64,000 nt of DNA, taken from NCBI GenBank assembly GCA_028691515.1, contig JAQUZE010000002.1:88184-152183 (forward strand), in the 5' to 3' direction. Within the stretch, counting starts at the first letter, position 1; every line of letters starts with the position of its first letter. The position numbers were made by a program, and so were the translations under genes. The notes beneath the pieces are model-generated. The model was not told the origin of the DNA and ran no database searches. It worked only from the letters and a program-made list of their open reading frames with translations. Source of the stretch: Bacilli bacterium (GTDB lineage: Bacteria > Bacillota_I > Bacilli_A > ML615J-28 > CAG-698). Below are positions 9,925 to 20,579 of the stretch, piece by piece.

Positions 9925-12900
9925 ATATTTATTATTAATTTTTGTTTTAATGTTTATTCTTACTGGTTGTGTAGGCAAGGAAATTATTTTAGAAAATGAA
10001 TCTGATGTAATACTTGAAATTGGTGATGAAAAGGTAATTGAATACGAAGTTAAAGGAAGCGACGAAGACACATATTTAAAATCAAGTAATGATGAAATTG
10101 TTTCAATTAATGAAAATAAAATAAAAGCCGTTAGTGAAGGAACTATTAATATTAATATTTATTTTAAAGGCGATGAAAAATCTTATGCTTCTTTTAAAGT
10201 AATTGTTAATTCTACAACTATAGATAAGAATATTACTACGAATTATACAGATATGATAACTATAGAAGTAGATGAGGAGAAAATTTTAGAATATGAAAGT
10301 GTTGGTGGCACTAGTGATGTTGTTCTTACTACTGATAAACCAGATGTTTTATCAATTGAAGGAAATAAAATAATTGGTAAAAAAACAGGAACTGCTGTAA
10401 TTAGTTTTTCTTTTGCAAATGAATCATACATATATGTTAATATTGATGTTGAAGTAGTTGATAAAAAAGATATAGTTTGTTCTAGTGATTTAATTAATTT
10501 GGAAGTCTTGGATGAATATAATTTATTATATGAAGTTATAAATAGTGAAGAAGAAGTAGTATTAGTTTCTGATAACCCTGAAATTGTTAAAATTGAGGGA
10601 GATACATTAATTGCTTTAAATGTTGGAGAGGCGACAATAAGTTTAAAATTTGTAGGTGATGATAAAATATACAAAACTGTAGAAGTAATTGTGAAGGAAA
10701 AACCATTAGTTAAAGAAATTAATATTGCAGAAGATAATATTAGTTTATTTATAGGTGATGAATATTTAGTTAGTTATGTAGTGGTGAATTCTGATGAAAA
10801 TGTAGTTATGGTATCTTCTAATCCTGATGTTGTAAGTGTTGTTGATGATAAGTTAATTGCAAATAGCACTGGTGAAGCAAGTATTTCATTAATGTTTGCT
10901 GGTGATGATAAAGTATATAATAATATAAATGTTCTAGTAAGTGAACCAGAAAAGAAAATTGAGATTTTAAATGAAGAAACTGAGTTATCACTTTTTACAA
11001 CTTTGCAAGTGGTTTTACATCTTGAGTATGTAAATGAAGTAGTTTATGAAAGCAGCAACCCTGAAGTGGCTATAGTTTCTATTGATGGGTTAATTGAAGC
11101 GTTGAAAGAAGGAGAGTTTATACTTTATGTTAAAGATGCCAATGATGAAGGCGTATCAATTTCTATGCCCTTAACTGTAAGGGTTGATCCATTTGTTATT
11201 TTAGATATGGCTCATATTGAGAGACCAATTACTCAATATGTTTCTAGTTATGGCTATAACCCGGATGTTAGATACCAATGGGTTTATGGAAGTGTTAGCG
11301 CATATAGTACAATGAGCTTAAATTTAGTAGAAAACATTGTTGATATAACGGAAAATATATATCAAAGAACTACAGCAACTGAAGAAAAATTGACCATTGC
11401 AGAGGAGATGAAATTAGTTAGAAGTGGTATATTACATGAGAAAACAGAATATATTACTTATCACGATACTGGAAATCATACCCCTGGTGCTAATGCTTTA
11501 ATGCATGCTAATTATATGGTTGGAGCTGATAATAAAAATAATAGAGCAAGAAGTTGGCATTATACTGTTGATGAAAATCAAGTAATTCATCATATTCCAG
11601 ATAATGAGGTTGCATGGCAAGGAGATAGTTATATAGCATATGCAAGATCTATTGGTGTTGAAACATGTGTGGATTTTGGTTCTGATTTATATAAAACTTG
11701 GCAAAGAACAGGTAAATTAATGGCTGGGTTATTATTTCAACATGACTTAAAATTAGATGCAGTTAAGCAACATTATGACTGGAGCCAAAAGAATTGTCCC
11801 CAAACATTAAGAAGAAATAATTTATATGATTTAGCACTTAGTATGATAGAAGCTGAATACAATGTTTTGAAGTATTTAGAAGGTTATGATATTGAGTATG
11901 TATCATTGAACCCTGAGTATATTGATAATACAGGTAAAGTTATTAAATTACCTAGTAAACCAATTAGAGTAGGGTATAAAGCTATTGTCACAAGCCCTAG
12001 TGGAAATGTAAGTGAAAAAGTTTATTATTCTTATTTAAAATTAGAAGATGGATCTACATTAACCCCTTCTATCGAAGATATTGAGTTAGCAAATAGTTTT
12101 GATAATCAAGTTTGGGCAATTGATGATATTAGTTATAATATAATTGATCCTTTGATTAGTGATTATCAATCTTATTCTAAAGTTGTAAAAGAGTTAATTA
12201 TTAGTTATCCATTATTGCAATCTTATGAGATTTTATTAATGGAAAAAGATAGGGTTGATACCCCTATATTAATTTATGAAGTTCTTCCAGATAATAGCGC
12301 GTATAAAATAAATAATAGTTATATAATGTTGTATAATACAACTAATAGTGATTTTAGTTTAAAAGATAAATATTTAATAGCATATAATAATACAACTAAT
12401 TTTTCACTTGATGGATTAGTTGAAAATAAAGATTGGTATAAATTTAGTGATGATATGCTTATTAAAGCAAATAGTTATTTCTTAATTCAAACATCAATTA
12501 ATGTAAGTGATGAATATCCACCACTTGCTGATGCTGTTGTTGATTTAGATATTTCATTTAATTTAGTTTTAGTTTTAGCTGATGAATTAAAAGATATCAG
12601 TGAAAAACAAGATATTGTAATAGATTTATTAGTTACTAATAATGAAGTTATTATTGGGAATCCTATTACTTTTGATAATGAGGCGAGTGCAATTGGCAGA
12701 AAATATTTTATTGATACAAATGATTGTAAAAGGGATTTTCAAATTAAAGATCCTAATCCAATAAATTCTCAAAAGCAAAGTGTTAAGGAATTAACAGTTA
12801 TGGAAACACAAGCTTTAATTTTTGATACATATGTTAGATTTCTTGATAGAGATCTTACTGTGGCTGATGAAGGAGATATTAATTATTTGATTTCTTTATA

Positions 12901-13867
12901 TGAAGGATTAACAAATGAATTAATGAATTTGATTGTATTAGAAGATTTATATAATAATATTATAATGAGATGGAATGTAGTTAATAATCCTGATTTAAAG
13001 GTTATTAGTGATGCTGTTATACAAATTCCTAATCAAATCATTAATGATTTTGTGTTGCCTAGTTATGAAGGATTGACTTATTCATATGGTGAAGATCAAG
13101 ACAGTAGTTATTTTAATTTAGAAACTGGAGAGTATTTAAAAATTAGTTATGAATATAATCCAATTATAATTAGACTTTCATATAATAATTTAACTCATGA
13201 CCTACTTATCAATTTTGGTGTTGCAAGAGATGATGAAACTGTTATTTATGCTACTGGTCTTAAAGCAACTGCTTTTGAGGGAAGTACCGCAAATGGCGGA
13301 GGTACTTATGAAGAACAGGCTAAAACCATCGGATTTGGAAATGTAGTTATTAAAGTTGATAAAAAGGTTTATATTATTGGTGAAAAAGCATATATTCCTG
13401 TAATTGGCACTTGTATTATGAATGAGTTAGGAATTGCTGAGTTAAGACCTTATGGTTCTTCATCTGATACTACAGCAACATATAATCAAGGATTAATCAA
13501 AGGTGTTCCTACAGCTTATAGTGGTAGTGGAGCATTGTATGAAAATATTTCTGATGCAATTTTAAATTTTGATCCAAGCAATACATATGGAAGAAATAAT
13601 TCTGGTAATTATGGATATTTTAAAGTGATTTTTAGTAAAAATAGTGATGGTAGTTATATAGTTTCACAAATAGTATCTAATAGTGGAACTAATACAACAA
13701 CAAATAATGACAAAATTTCTTTAGAACCTGATCAAATTTTGTGGGCTCCACATACTTATGAAACAAATGTTACGAGTGGGACATGGTTAATGAATGGTGG
13801 GCTAAATGGTTCAGTAGGGGTTTTAACAATTGGAAAGCAAATTGAAGTCATAAAGTTAAATAAGTAA
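9914..13867 (+). CDS. Giant surface lipoprotein: about six Big_2 (bacterial Ig-like) repeats, an N-acetylmuramoyl-L-alanine amidase (Amidase_2/PGRP) domain and a C-terminal region of about 550 aa of unknown function
   Basis: Lipobox LTGC after signal peptide (MKFKYLLLIFVLMFILTGC); repeated about 80-aa modules (EIGDEKVIEYEVKGSD..., LEVLDEYNLLYEVINSEEEVVLVSDNPEIVKIEGDTLIALNVGEATISL...); amidase_2 block YHDTGNHTPGANALMHANYM...RSWHYTVDE...; GGGGA RBS before ATG 9914 (overlaps maf by 11 nt). Confidence 0.85.
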   Translation: MKFKYLLLIFVLMFILTGCVGKEIILENESDVILEIGDEKVIEYEVKGSDEDTYLKSSNDEIVSINENKIKAVSEGTININIYFKGDEKSYASFKVIVNSTTIDKNITTNYTDMITIEVDEEKILEYESVGGTSDVVLTTDKPDVLSIEGNKIIGKKTGTAVISFSFANESYIYVNIDVEVVDKKDIVCSSDLINLEVLDEYNLLYEVINSEEEVVLVSDNPEIVKIEGDTLIALNVGEATISLKFVGDDKIYKTVEVIVKEKPLVKEINIAEDNISLFIGDEYLVSYVVVNSDENVVMVSSNPDVVSVVDDKLIANSTGEASISLMFAGDDKVYNNINVLVSEPEKKIEILNEETELSLFTTLQVVLHLEYVNEVVYESSNPEVAIVSIDGLIEALKEGEFILYVKDANDEGVSISMPLTVRVDPFVILDMAHIERPITQYVSSYGYNPDVRYQWVYGSVSAYSTMSLNLVENIVDITENIYQRTTATEEKLTIAEEMKLVRSGILHEKTEYITYHDTGNHTPGANALMHANYMVGADNKNNRARSWHYTVDENQVIHHIPDNEVAWQGDSYIAYARSIGVETCVDFGSDLYKTWQRTGKLMAGLLFQHDLKLDAVKQHYDWSQKNCPQTLRRNNLYDLALSMIEAEYNVLKYLEGYDIEYVSLNPEYIDNTGKVIKLPSKPIRVGYKAIVTSPSGNVSEKVYYSYLKLEDGSTLTPSIEDIELANSFDNQVWAIDDISYNIIDPLISDYQSYSKVVKELIISYPLLQSYEILLMEKDRVDTPILIYEVLPDNSAYKINNSYIMLYNTTNSDFSLKDKYLIAYNNTTNFSLDGLVENKDWYKFSDDMLIKANSYFLIQTSINVSDEYPPLADAVVDLDISFNLVLVLADELKDISEKQDIVIDLLVTNNEVIIGNPITFDNEASAIGRKYFIDTNDCKRDFQIKDPNPINSQKQSVKELTVMETQALIFDTYVRFLDRDLTVADEGDINYLISLYEGLTNELMNLIVLEDLYNNIIMRWNVVNNPDLKVISDAVIQIPNQIINDFVLPSYEGLTYSYGEDQDSSYFNLETGEYLKISYEYNPIIIRLSYNNLTHDLLINFGVARDDETVIYATGLKATAFEGSTANGGGTYEEQAKTIGFGNVVIKVDKKVYIIGEKAYIPVIGTCIMNELGIAELRPYGSSSDTTATYNQGLIKGVPTAYSGSGALYENISDAILNFDPSNTYGRNNSGNYGYFKVIFSKNSDGSYIVSQIVSNSGTNTTTNNDKISLEPDQILWAPHTYETNVTSGTWLMNGGLNGSVGVLTIGKQIEVIKLNK

Positions 13868-13877
13868 AGGAGTTTTT

Positions 13878-14912
13878 ATGAATAATATCAAAGTAATTAT
13901 TTGGGGTTTTGGTGCTATGGGAAGAGGTATTGCTGAGACATTGTTAAGTAAAAAAGGGGTAGAAATTGTTGGAATTTGTGATGTCAATCCAGCTTTGAAA
14001 AATAAAAAATTATCAGAAATTATAAATTGTAGTAGAAATTCTAACGTTTTAATTGAAGAAGATATTGATAATGTTTTAAAGCATGAGGCGGATATTGTTA
14101 TGCTTTGTACTGATAGTTTTGTTAAGGGAGCTTATCCTAAAATTTTAAAAATTTTAAGTAAAAAAATGAATTGTATTAGTACTGCAGAACAAATGGCTTA
14201 TTCTTGGGCAAGTGAAAAAGAGCTTTCTGAAGAAATTGATAAGGTTGCTAAAAAAAATGGAGTAACTGTATTGGGTACAGGTATTAATCCTGGGTTTATT
14301 ATGGATTATTTAGTAGTTGCATTAACCGGAACAATGACAGATGTAAACCATATTGAAGCTAAAAGGGTTAATTCTTTAAGTCCTTTTGGGCCAACTGTTA
14401 TGGTTGAGCAGGGTGTTGGAATTTCTTTAGAAGAGTACAAAAATAGAGTTTCTAATAATGAACTAGCGGGGCATGTTGGGTTTTTAGAAAGTGTTAATAT
14501 GATTGCTGCGGCTCTTGGGGTAAAACTTGATGATTTTAAACAACAAATGAGTCCAATTATTACAGATATTGAACGTAAAAGTTTATACGGAAAGGCAAAA
14601 CCTGGAAATTTAGCAGGTATAAATATGACTGGTCAAGGTTTTGTTAACGGAAAACAATATATAAATATGATTCATCCACAACAAATAGAACCAGAAATGG
14701 TTGGGATAGAAACGGGAGACTATATAAATATTATAGGTACTCCCAATATCAACATGAGTATTAAGCCTGAGATTAATGGCGGCATAGGTACAATTGCAAT
14801 GTGTGTAAATATGATTCCACATGTAATTAATGCAAGAGCAGGTTTAAAAACTATGATTGACTTACCAGTTCCAAGAGCTATTATGGGAGATATGAGGGAT
14901 ATGATTGAATAA
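13878..14912 (+). CDS. ord: 2,4-diaminopentanoate dehydrogenase (DapB-like NAD(P) oxidoreductase)
   Basis: N-terminal Rossmann KVIIWGFGAMGRGIAE; position at head of ord-ortAB-oraSE cluster; AAGGAG RBS. Confidence 0.75.
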   Translation: MNNIKVIIWGFGAMGRGIAETLLSKKGVEIVGICDVNPALKNKKLSEIINCSRNSNVLIEEDIDNVLKHEADIVMLCTDSFVKGAYPKILKILSKKMNCISTAEQMAYSWASEKELSEEIDKVAKKNGVTVLGTGINPGFIMDYLVVALTGTMTDVNHIEAKRVNSLSPFGPTVMVEQGVGISLEEYKNRVSNNELAGHVGFLESVNMIAAALGVKLDDFKQQMSPIITDIERKSLYGKAKPGNLAGINMTGQGFVNGKQYINMIHPQQIEPEMVGIETGDYINIIGTPNINMSIKPEINGGIGTIAMCVNMIPHVINARAGLKTMIDLPVPRAIMGDMRDMIE

Positions 14913-14917
14913 AATAA

Positions 14918-14946
14918 AGAGGAAATCATTAGGATTTCCTCTTTTA
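14918..14946 (+). terminator. Rho-independent terminator or attenuator between ord and ortA
   Basis: aagaggaaatc/gatttcctctt hairpin plus TTTT. Confidence 0.7.
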
Positions 14947-15014
14947 GGTGGTTTGTAAAAGCTATACAAAATAATAAAAAAATGGTATTCTATAAATATA
15001 ATGGGAGGTAAAAA

Positions 15015-15311
15015 ATGATTAAAGAAAACACTGTTGTTCAAATTGAAAGAGTTGTTTTAAAAAGTGTTGAAAGAACTGGAAATTTACCTGATGATACTAA
15101 ACGTGTTCCATTAAAAATGAAGTTAAAGGGAAGGTTAGTTACAAAGAGTAATCTAGGTGATTATGTAAAAATAGTTACACAAACAAACAGAATTGATGAA
15201 GGCTATTTGATTGATGTTGAACCTTATTTCAAACATGATTATGGTCATTATGTGGAAGTACTTGATGAAGTTAAAGATATTATTTTAAGAGAAAATGAGA
15301 ATAGCTTATGA
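15015..15311 (+). CDS. ortA: 2-amino-4-ketopentanoate thiolase alpha subunit
   Basis: 98-aa protein immediately upstream of and overlapping the PLP-dependent beta subunit; canonical ortA position. Confidence 0.7.
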   Translation: MIKENTVVQIERVVLKSVERTGNLPDDTKRVPLKMKLKGRLVTKSNLGDYVKIVTQTNRIDEGYLIDVEPYFKHDYGHYVEVLDEVKDIILRENENSL

Positions 15312-16705
15312 AAAAATCATATAAAGATGTAATGGATAGAAAATCTGAAATTATGAAAAATGCTTTGAATTTAGATTATACTAAATTTGAAAAAGAAGGA
15401 ATTGCTTTTGATTATGAATATATGATGAATTATTCTGGGTATACATTAGATGATGTAAAAAAAATCCAGATTGAAAACAATATAGGCAACACTCCTTTAA
15501 TAGAATTAAAGAGAATTACTGAATATGCCAGAAAGTTTTCTAAAAAAGGTTATGGAGCAAGAATATTTTTGAAAGATGAGGCTGCTAATTTGAGTGGTTC
15601 ATTTAAAGCAAGACGAGCAGCTATGAGTATTCATCAAGCTAAAAAATTGGGATATAAGGGGGTAATTGCAGCAACAAGTGGAAATTATGGAGCAGCAGTT
15701 GCGGCACTTGCAGCTAGGGCAGGATTAAAGTGTATTATTGTTCAAGAGTGTTTTGATTCTAAAGAAATTGAACAACCTGAGATTACCGAAAAAGCAAGAG
15801 CATGTGAAGCTTATGGTGCAGAAGTAATGCAACTTTCAGTTGGTCCAGAATTATTTTATCAATTTTTAGTTTTATTAGAAGAAACGGGGTTTTTTAATGC
15901 TTCTTTATATTCCCCTTATTGCATAATGGGTATTGAAACATTAGGTTATGAGATAGCATCAGAAGTTAAATCTAAGTATGGGAAATTTCCAGAAGCGGTT
16001 ATATGTACAAATGCAGGTGGTGGAAATTTAACTGGAACAGCAAGAGGATTAATAAAAGCTGAAGCATTTGATACTAAAGTTATTGCCTCAAGTGTTGATC
16101 TTACAGGGCTTCATATGGCAAGTGATAATGATTTTAATAAAAAATCATTTACAACAGGACATACTGGCTTTGGTATTCCCTTTTCTACATTTCCAGATCG
16201 CAGTGATGTTCCAAGAAGTGCAGCAAGACCATTAAGATATATGGACAAATACGTTCTTGTTAATCAAGGGAGTGTTTTCTTTATTACTGAAGCACTAGCA
16301 TTGCTTGAAGGTATGGAGAGAGGACCAGCTGGGAATACTAGTTTGGCTGCAGCTTTCCATTTAGCTCAAGAAATGAAAGAAGACGAAATAATTGTTGTAC
16401 AAGAAACAGAATATACAGGAGCAGGGAAACATTTAAATGCTCAAATTTCATTTGCTATCGATCGTGGTATAGAAGTAAAGGTTGGGAATCCACTTGAAGA
16501 AATTCCGGGAAAAAACATTATTTTTCCAACAAGTGGACAGTATTTGAAAATTAAAGAAATATCATTAAATGATTTAAAAAAATCTTATTTAAAACATTAT
16601 AAAGGGATGGATTTATTAAATACAGATTATAAATATTTATCTGAAGAATTAAAGTGTAGTGAACAATTAGTGAAAAATATTATGGAGGAATTAAATGAAG
16701 AATAG
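15308..16705 (+). CDS. ortB: 2-amino-4-ketopentanoate thiolase beta subunit (PLP fold-type II)
   Basis: PLP-lysine motif SFKARRAAM and glycine-rich ATSGNYGAAVA loop (Trp-synthase beta/CBS-like fold); 465 aa; cluster context. Confidence 0.75.
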   Translation: MKKSYKDVMDRKSEIMKNALNLDYTKFEKEGIAFDYEYMMNYSGYTLDDVKKIQIENNIGNTPLIELKRITEYARKFSKKGYGARIFLKDEAANLSGSFKARRAAMSIHQAKKLGYKGVIAATSGNYGAAVAALAARAGLKCIIVQECFDSKEIEQPEITEKARACEAYGAEVMQLSVGPELFYQFLVLLEETGFFNASLYSPYCIMGIETLGYEIASEVKSKYGKFPEAVICTNAGGGNLTGTARGLIKAEAFDTKVIASSVDLTGLHMASDNDFNKKSFTTGHTGFGIPFSTFPDRSDVPRSAARPLRYMDKYVLVNQGSVFFITEALALLEGMERGPAGNTSLAAAFHLAQEMKEDEIIVVQETEYTGAGKHLNAQISFAIDRGIEVKVGNPLEEIPGKNIIFPTSGQYLKIKEISLNDLKKSYLKHYKGMDLLNTDYKYLSEELKCSEQLVKNIMEELNEE

Positions 16706-17051
16706 AAGTGATGATTATTTAGAAAGAAGAAAACATTTAAGCAAGTTAAGTAAAAGTGAATTGAAAGAATATTTTTTTGAACTTACAGATAAAATATTGG
16801 ACCCTCTTTTAGATTTATCATATGAATATACTTCTCCAGCAATTGAAAGAAGTGTTTTAATGAGAATGGGGTTTTCTAGTCTTGAAGCAAAAGGTATTAC
16901 AGATAAAATATATGAGCATAGTTTATTGGAACATGGAGCTGGGCATTTAGTCTACAGATATTCAAAAGATAAAAATATGAGTATTAGAGAAGCGGGATTA
17001 GCTATTCTAGAAAGTGATGCTATTTTATATCTATTGGAGGTGTTCAAGTGA
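16695..17051 (+). CDS. oraS: D-ornithine 4,5-aminomutase subunit S
   Basis: 118 aa, overlaps oraE start; cluster context. Confidence 0.75.
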   Translation: MKNRSDDYLERRKHLSKLSKSELKEYFFELTDKILDPLLDLSYEYTSPAIERSVLMRMGFSSLEAKGITDKIYEHSLLEHGAGHLVYRYSKDKNMSIREAGLAILESDAILYLLEVFK

Positions 17052-19246
17052 AACCAAATGAGAAGTTAGATATTAGAAATATTTTAATGGATTTAAATAA
17101 ATATCGTCCTAGAAGAAGAGGGTGGACTTGGCGAGATATAAAACCAATACAAATGGGTGAATTTAGATATGAACAAGTTAGTCAGGGTTTAACAAATTTT
17201 GTACCACTTCCTGGAGCAAGATATTTAAATAATATTGATCCTCAACCTGATGCTGTAATTACATCAGAAATTGCATCAGGGCGTTTTGAAGATGATATTA
17301 GACGTATGAGAATGGCTGCTTACCATGGAGCCGATCATATTATGGTTATTAGAACTGCTGGTCAATCTCATATTGATGGTTTGTTAGAGGGAACACCACA
17401 AGGGGTTGGAGGTATTCCAATTACCAGAAAGCAAGTTAGAGCACAAAGGAAGGCATTGGATATTATTGAAGATGAGGTTGGAAGACCAATTAATTATCAT
17501 TCATATGTATCTGGAGTTGCTGGTCCAGAAATTGCTGTAATGTTTGTTGAAGAAGGCGTAAATGGGGCGCATCAAGACCCTCAGTATAATGTTTTATATC
17601 GTAATGTAAATATGTTGAGGAGTTATGTTGATGCAGCAGAAAGTAAAAAAATCATGGCGTATGGAAATATGGCACAGATTGATGGAGCACATAATGCTAA
17701 TGCTACTGCAAGGGATGCTTGGAAAGTTATGCCAGAACTTTTGGTTCAACATGCAATAAATAGTAGAATGAGCGAACGAATTGGTATTTCACCTGATTTA
17801 ATATGTTTGTCTACTGTTCCACCAGCTGCATCGCCAAGTCCAGATTTAAAACTTAATTTGCCTTATGCTATTGCTTTAAGAGAATTTTTTGATAAATATA
17901 GAATGAGAGCACAAATGAATACTAAGTACATATCTTCTTCCACAAGAGAGGCTACTGTTACTCATGTTTTAAATCTTTTAATTTCAAGAATGACTTCAGC
18001 TGATATTCAATCTACAATTACTCCTGATGAGGGGAGAAATGTTCCTTGGCATATGTATAATATTGAAGCATTAGATACTGCTAAACAAGCAATGGCTGGT
18101 TTAGATGATTTAATGAGCATGATTGAGTTTAAAAAAGAAGGATATTTACCAAATAAAGTAAGAGAAATACAAGAAAGAGCAGTTTTAATGTTAGAAGAAA
18201 TTTTAGAAATGGGGGGTTATTTTAAAGCTGTTGAAGAAGGAATGTTTGTTGATAGTGGGTATTATCCTGAGAGATCAGGAGATGGAATTATTCGAAAAAG
18301 TGAAGGTGGAATTGGAAACAATACAATAATTAAAAGAGCAAGTGACTATTTAGCACCAGTAACTGCACATTATGGCTATAATAATGTTGAACAATATAAT
18401 GTTGAATATATTAATGATCCAGCTAAATTAATTGATAAATGTACTTTTGAAGATCCGGATTTAATTCAGTATATTGATGAATTAGACGAAGAGGATAATG
18501 TTAATAACAGGTTAGATGATAACGAGAAATATAGATCTAGTAGTTTAATTAAGCCAGAAGTTCAGTGGTTGGGTGATGGCGTCATAACTTTTGATTTAGT
18601 TTTTCCTGTAGCAAGTGATATTGCTGAGGCTAGTGCTTTATTAGTTGCAAAGAATATGGGGCTATTACAACCAGAGATAATACATGTTGAAGTTTTGCAT
18701 CCAAGTGAGGGAACAAGAGTTCAGGTTAAAGGAGTATTAAATTTTGACATTGACACTTCTAAAATTGTTATTCCTAAAAAAGAAAAATTGCTTGATGATG
18801 ATGAAATCACAAATTATGTAAAAAAACACAAACTTAAGGTTGTTGCTGGTACAGGTGGTAATGATGAGCACAGTGTTGGAATGAGAGAAATTTTAGATAT
18901 TAAACATGGAGGAATTGAAAAATACGGATTTGATTATACATATTTAGGAACTAGTGTAAGCATAGAAAAGTTTATTGATGCTGCGATTGAAGTAGATGCA
19001 GATTGTGTTTTAATATCATTAATTATTTCTCATGATGATATACATTATAAAAATATGAAAAAATTAAATGATTATGCAATAGAAAAAGGTGTTAGGGATA
19101 AACTGTTGTTGATTGCTGGGGGAACTCAAATTACACCAGCATTAGCAAGAAAACAAGGAATTGACCAAGGCTTCGCTAGAGGAACTAAAGGAAAGGATGT
19201 TGCTAGTTTTATAGTAAAACGGCATAAGCAAATTCATGAAAGTTGA
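17048..19246 (+). CDS. oraE: D-ornithine 4,5-aminomutase subunit E (PLP and adenosylcobalamin dependent)
   Basis: 732 aa; C-terminal B12-binding Rossmann with DxHxxG (DEHSVG); TIM-barrel N-terminal part. Confidence 0.8.
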   Translation: MKPNEKLDIRNILMDLNKYRPRRRGWTWRDIKPIQMGEFRYEQVSQGLTNFVPLPGARYLNNIDPQPDAVITSEIASGRFEDDIRRMRMAAYHGADHIMVIRTAGQSHIDGLLEGTPQGVGGIPITRKQVRAQRKALDIIEDEVGRPINYHSYVSGVAGPEIAVMFVEEGVNGAHQDPQYNVLYRNVNMLRSYVDAAESKKIMAYGNMAQIDGAHNANATARDAWKVMPELLVQHAINSRMSERIGISPDLICLSTVPPAASPSPDLKLNLPYAIALREFFDKYRMRAQMNTKYISSSTREATVTHVLNLLISRMTSADIQSTITPDEGRNVPWHMYNIEALDTAKQAMAGLDDLMSMIEFKKEGYLPNKVREIQERAVLMLEEILEMGGYFKAVEEGMFVDSGYYPERSGDGIIRKSEGGIGNNTIIKRASDYLAPVTAHYGYNNVEQYNVEYINDPAKLIDKCTFEDPDLIQYIDELDEEDNVNNRLDDNEKYRSSSLIKPEVQWLGDGVITFDLVFPVASDIAEASALLVAKNMGLLQPEIIHVEVLHPSEGTRVQVKGVLNFDIDTSKIVIPKKEKLLDDDEITNYVKKHKLKVVAGTGGNDEHSVGMREILDIKHGGIEKYGFDYTYLGTSVSIEKFIDAAIEVDADCVLISLIISHDDIHYKNMKKLNDYAIEKGVRDKLLLIAGGTQITPALARKQGIDQGFARGTKGKDVASFIVKRHKQIHES

Positions 19247-20579
19247 TTGTTTAGTAGCAGAAATTGGTAGTACTACAACAAAAGTGCTTGCTTTTAATCT
19301 TCACAATAGTTCTGCACAATATATTGGTAGAGGTATGTATAGAACAACTGTTGAGAGTGATGTTACCATAGGATTAAATGAAGCGATTGAAGATTTAAAA
19401 AGAAATTTAAATGTTAAAGATTTAATATATGATGAATTTTTTTCTTCATCAAGTGCTGCAGGTGGTTTAAAAATTACTTGTCATGGTTTAGTTTATGAAA
19501 TGACAGCAAAAGCTGCAAAGGAAGCAGCTTTAAATGCTGGTGCTAATGTTCATTTAATTACAGCAAATTTATTGGAAGACGAAGATATATTAAAAATTAA
19601 GTCAATTAATCCCAATATTATTGTTATTGCTGGAGGTACTGATTATGGTGAAAAAAAAGTTTCCTTTTCTAATTTAGAAAAAGTAATTCCTTTAAATATA
19701 CCAATTATTTATGCGGGTAATATTGCAAATCATGATAAAATTAGAAAATTGTATCAAAATAAAGTTACTATTGTTGATAATGTATATCCACGTGTAGACT
19801 TTATGAATATACTTCCTTTAAGAGAAGCTATTTACAATGTATTTGAAAAAAATATTATTTATGCTAAGGGTATGAAAAATATTTTTAAAATGATAAATGG
19901 AACAATTATTCCTACACCAGGAGCGGTAATGGATGCCACAATAATTTTTGATGAGGAATTAAAAGGTGTTATGAGCATTGATGTTGGCGGAGCTACTACC
20001 GATATACATTCAGTTTGTGATCCTAAACCTGAATATATTAAATATAGTGAAGGAGAACCTAGATTTAAAAGAACTGTTGAAGGAGATTTAGGAGTTTTTA
20101 TTAATCGAGAAAATGTTTTAAGTTTGGTTAATAAAGATTTGATTACTTCTAAATTGAATTTATGTTATCAAGAATTAATTGATATTATAAAAAAAGAACC
20201 ATTTATTCCAAAAACAATAAATGGTAAAAAAGTAATTGATTTTTTAGTTAAACAATGTGTTTTTCTAGCTCTTGATAGACATATTGGAGATTTAAAAAGA
20301 GTTTTCACTACAAATGGCTATAAAGTAATTCCAGAAGGAAGAGATGTTAGCCAAATTAATACAATTTTTTTAACTGGTGGAGCTTTAAGGTCTATAGAAA
20401 ATCCTGAATTAATAATCCAAGAATATATTAATAAAAACAATACAAAATTAATATTTAGTCAAGATGTAAAAATATATGTAGATAAAGATTATATTTTATC
20501 ATCTTGTGGTGTTCTTTCACATAAATATCCGAAGAAGGCTAAAGAGTTATTGTTTAACTCTTTGATAAAGGAGAATTAA
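19236..20579 (+). CDS. MutL/GlmL-family protein (putative aminomutase reactivating chaperone)
   Basis: N-terminus LVAEIGSTTTKVLAF (ASKHA-type ATPase, as in glutamate mutase L); located between oraE and orr. Confidence 0.65.
   Translation: MKVDCLVAEIGSTTTKVLAFNLHNSSAQYIGRGMYRTTVESDVTIGLNEAIEDLKRNLNVKDLIYDEFFSSSSAAGGLKITCHGLVYEMTAKAAKEAALNAGANVHLITANLLEDEDILKIKSINPNIIVIAGGTDYGEKKVSFSNLEKVIPLNIPIIYAGNIANHDKIRKLYQNKVTIVDNVYPRVDFMNILPLREAIYNVFEKNIIYAKGMKNIFKMINGTIIPTPGAVMDATIIFDEELKGVMSIDVGGATTDIHSVCDPKPEYIKYSEGEPRFKRTVEGDLGVFINRENVLSLVNKDLITSKLNLCYQELIDIIKKEPFIPKTINGKKVIDFLVKQCVFLALDRHIGDLKRVFTTNGYKVIPEGRDVSQINTIFLTGGALRSIENPELIIQEYINKNNTKLIFSQDVKIYVDKDYILSSCGVLSHKYPKKAKELLFNSLIKEN

Noticed and set aside
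14950-15014. ARG box (ArgR/AhrC operator) or B12 riboswitch ahead of the ortA-arcC operon
   Set aside because: No convincing TNTGAATWWWWATTCANW palindrome. About 100 nt of leader is far too short for a cobalamin riboswitch.
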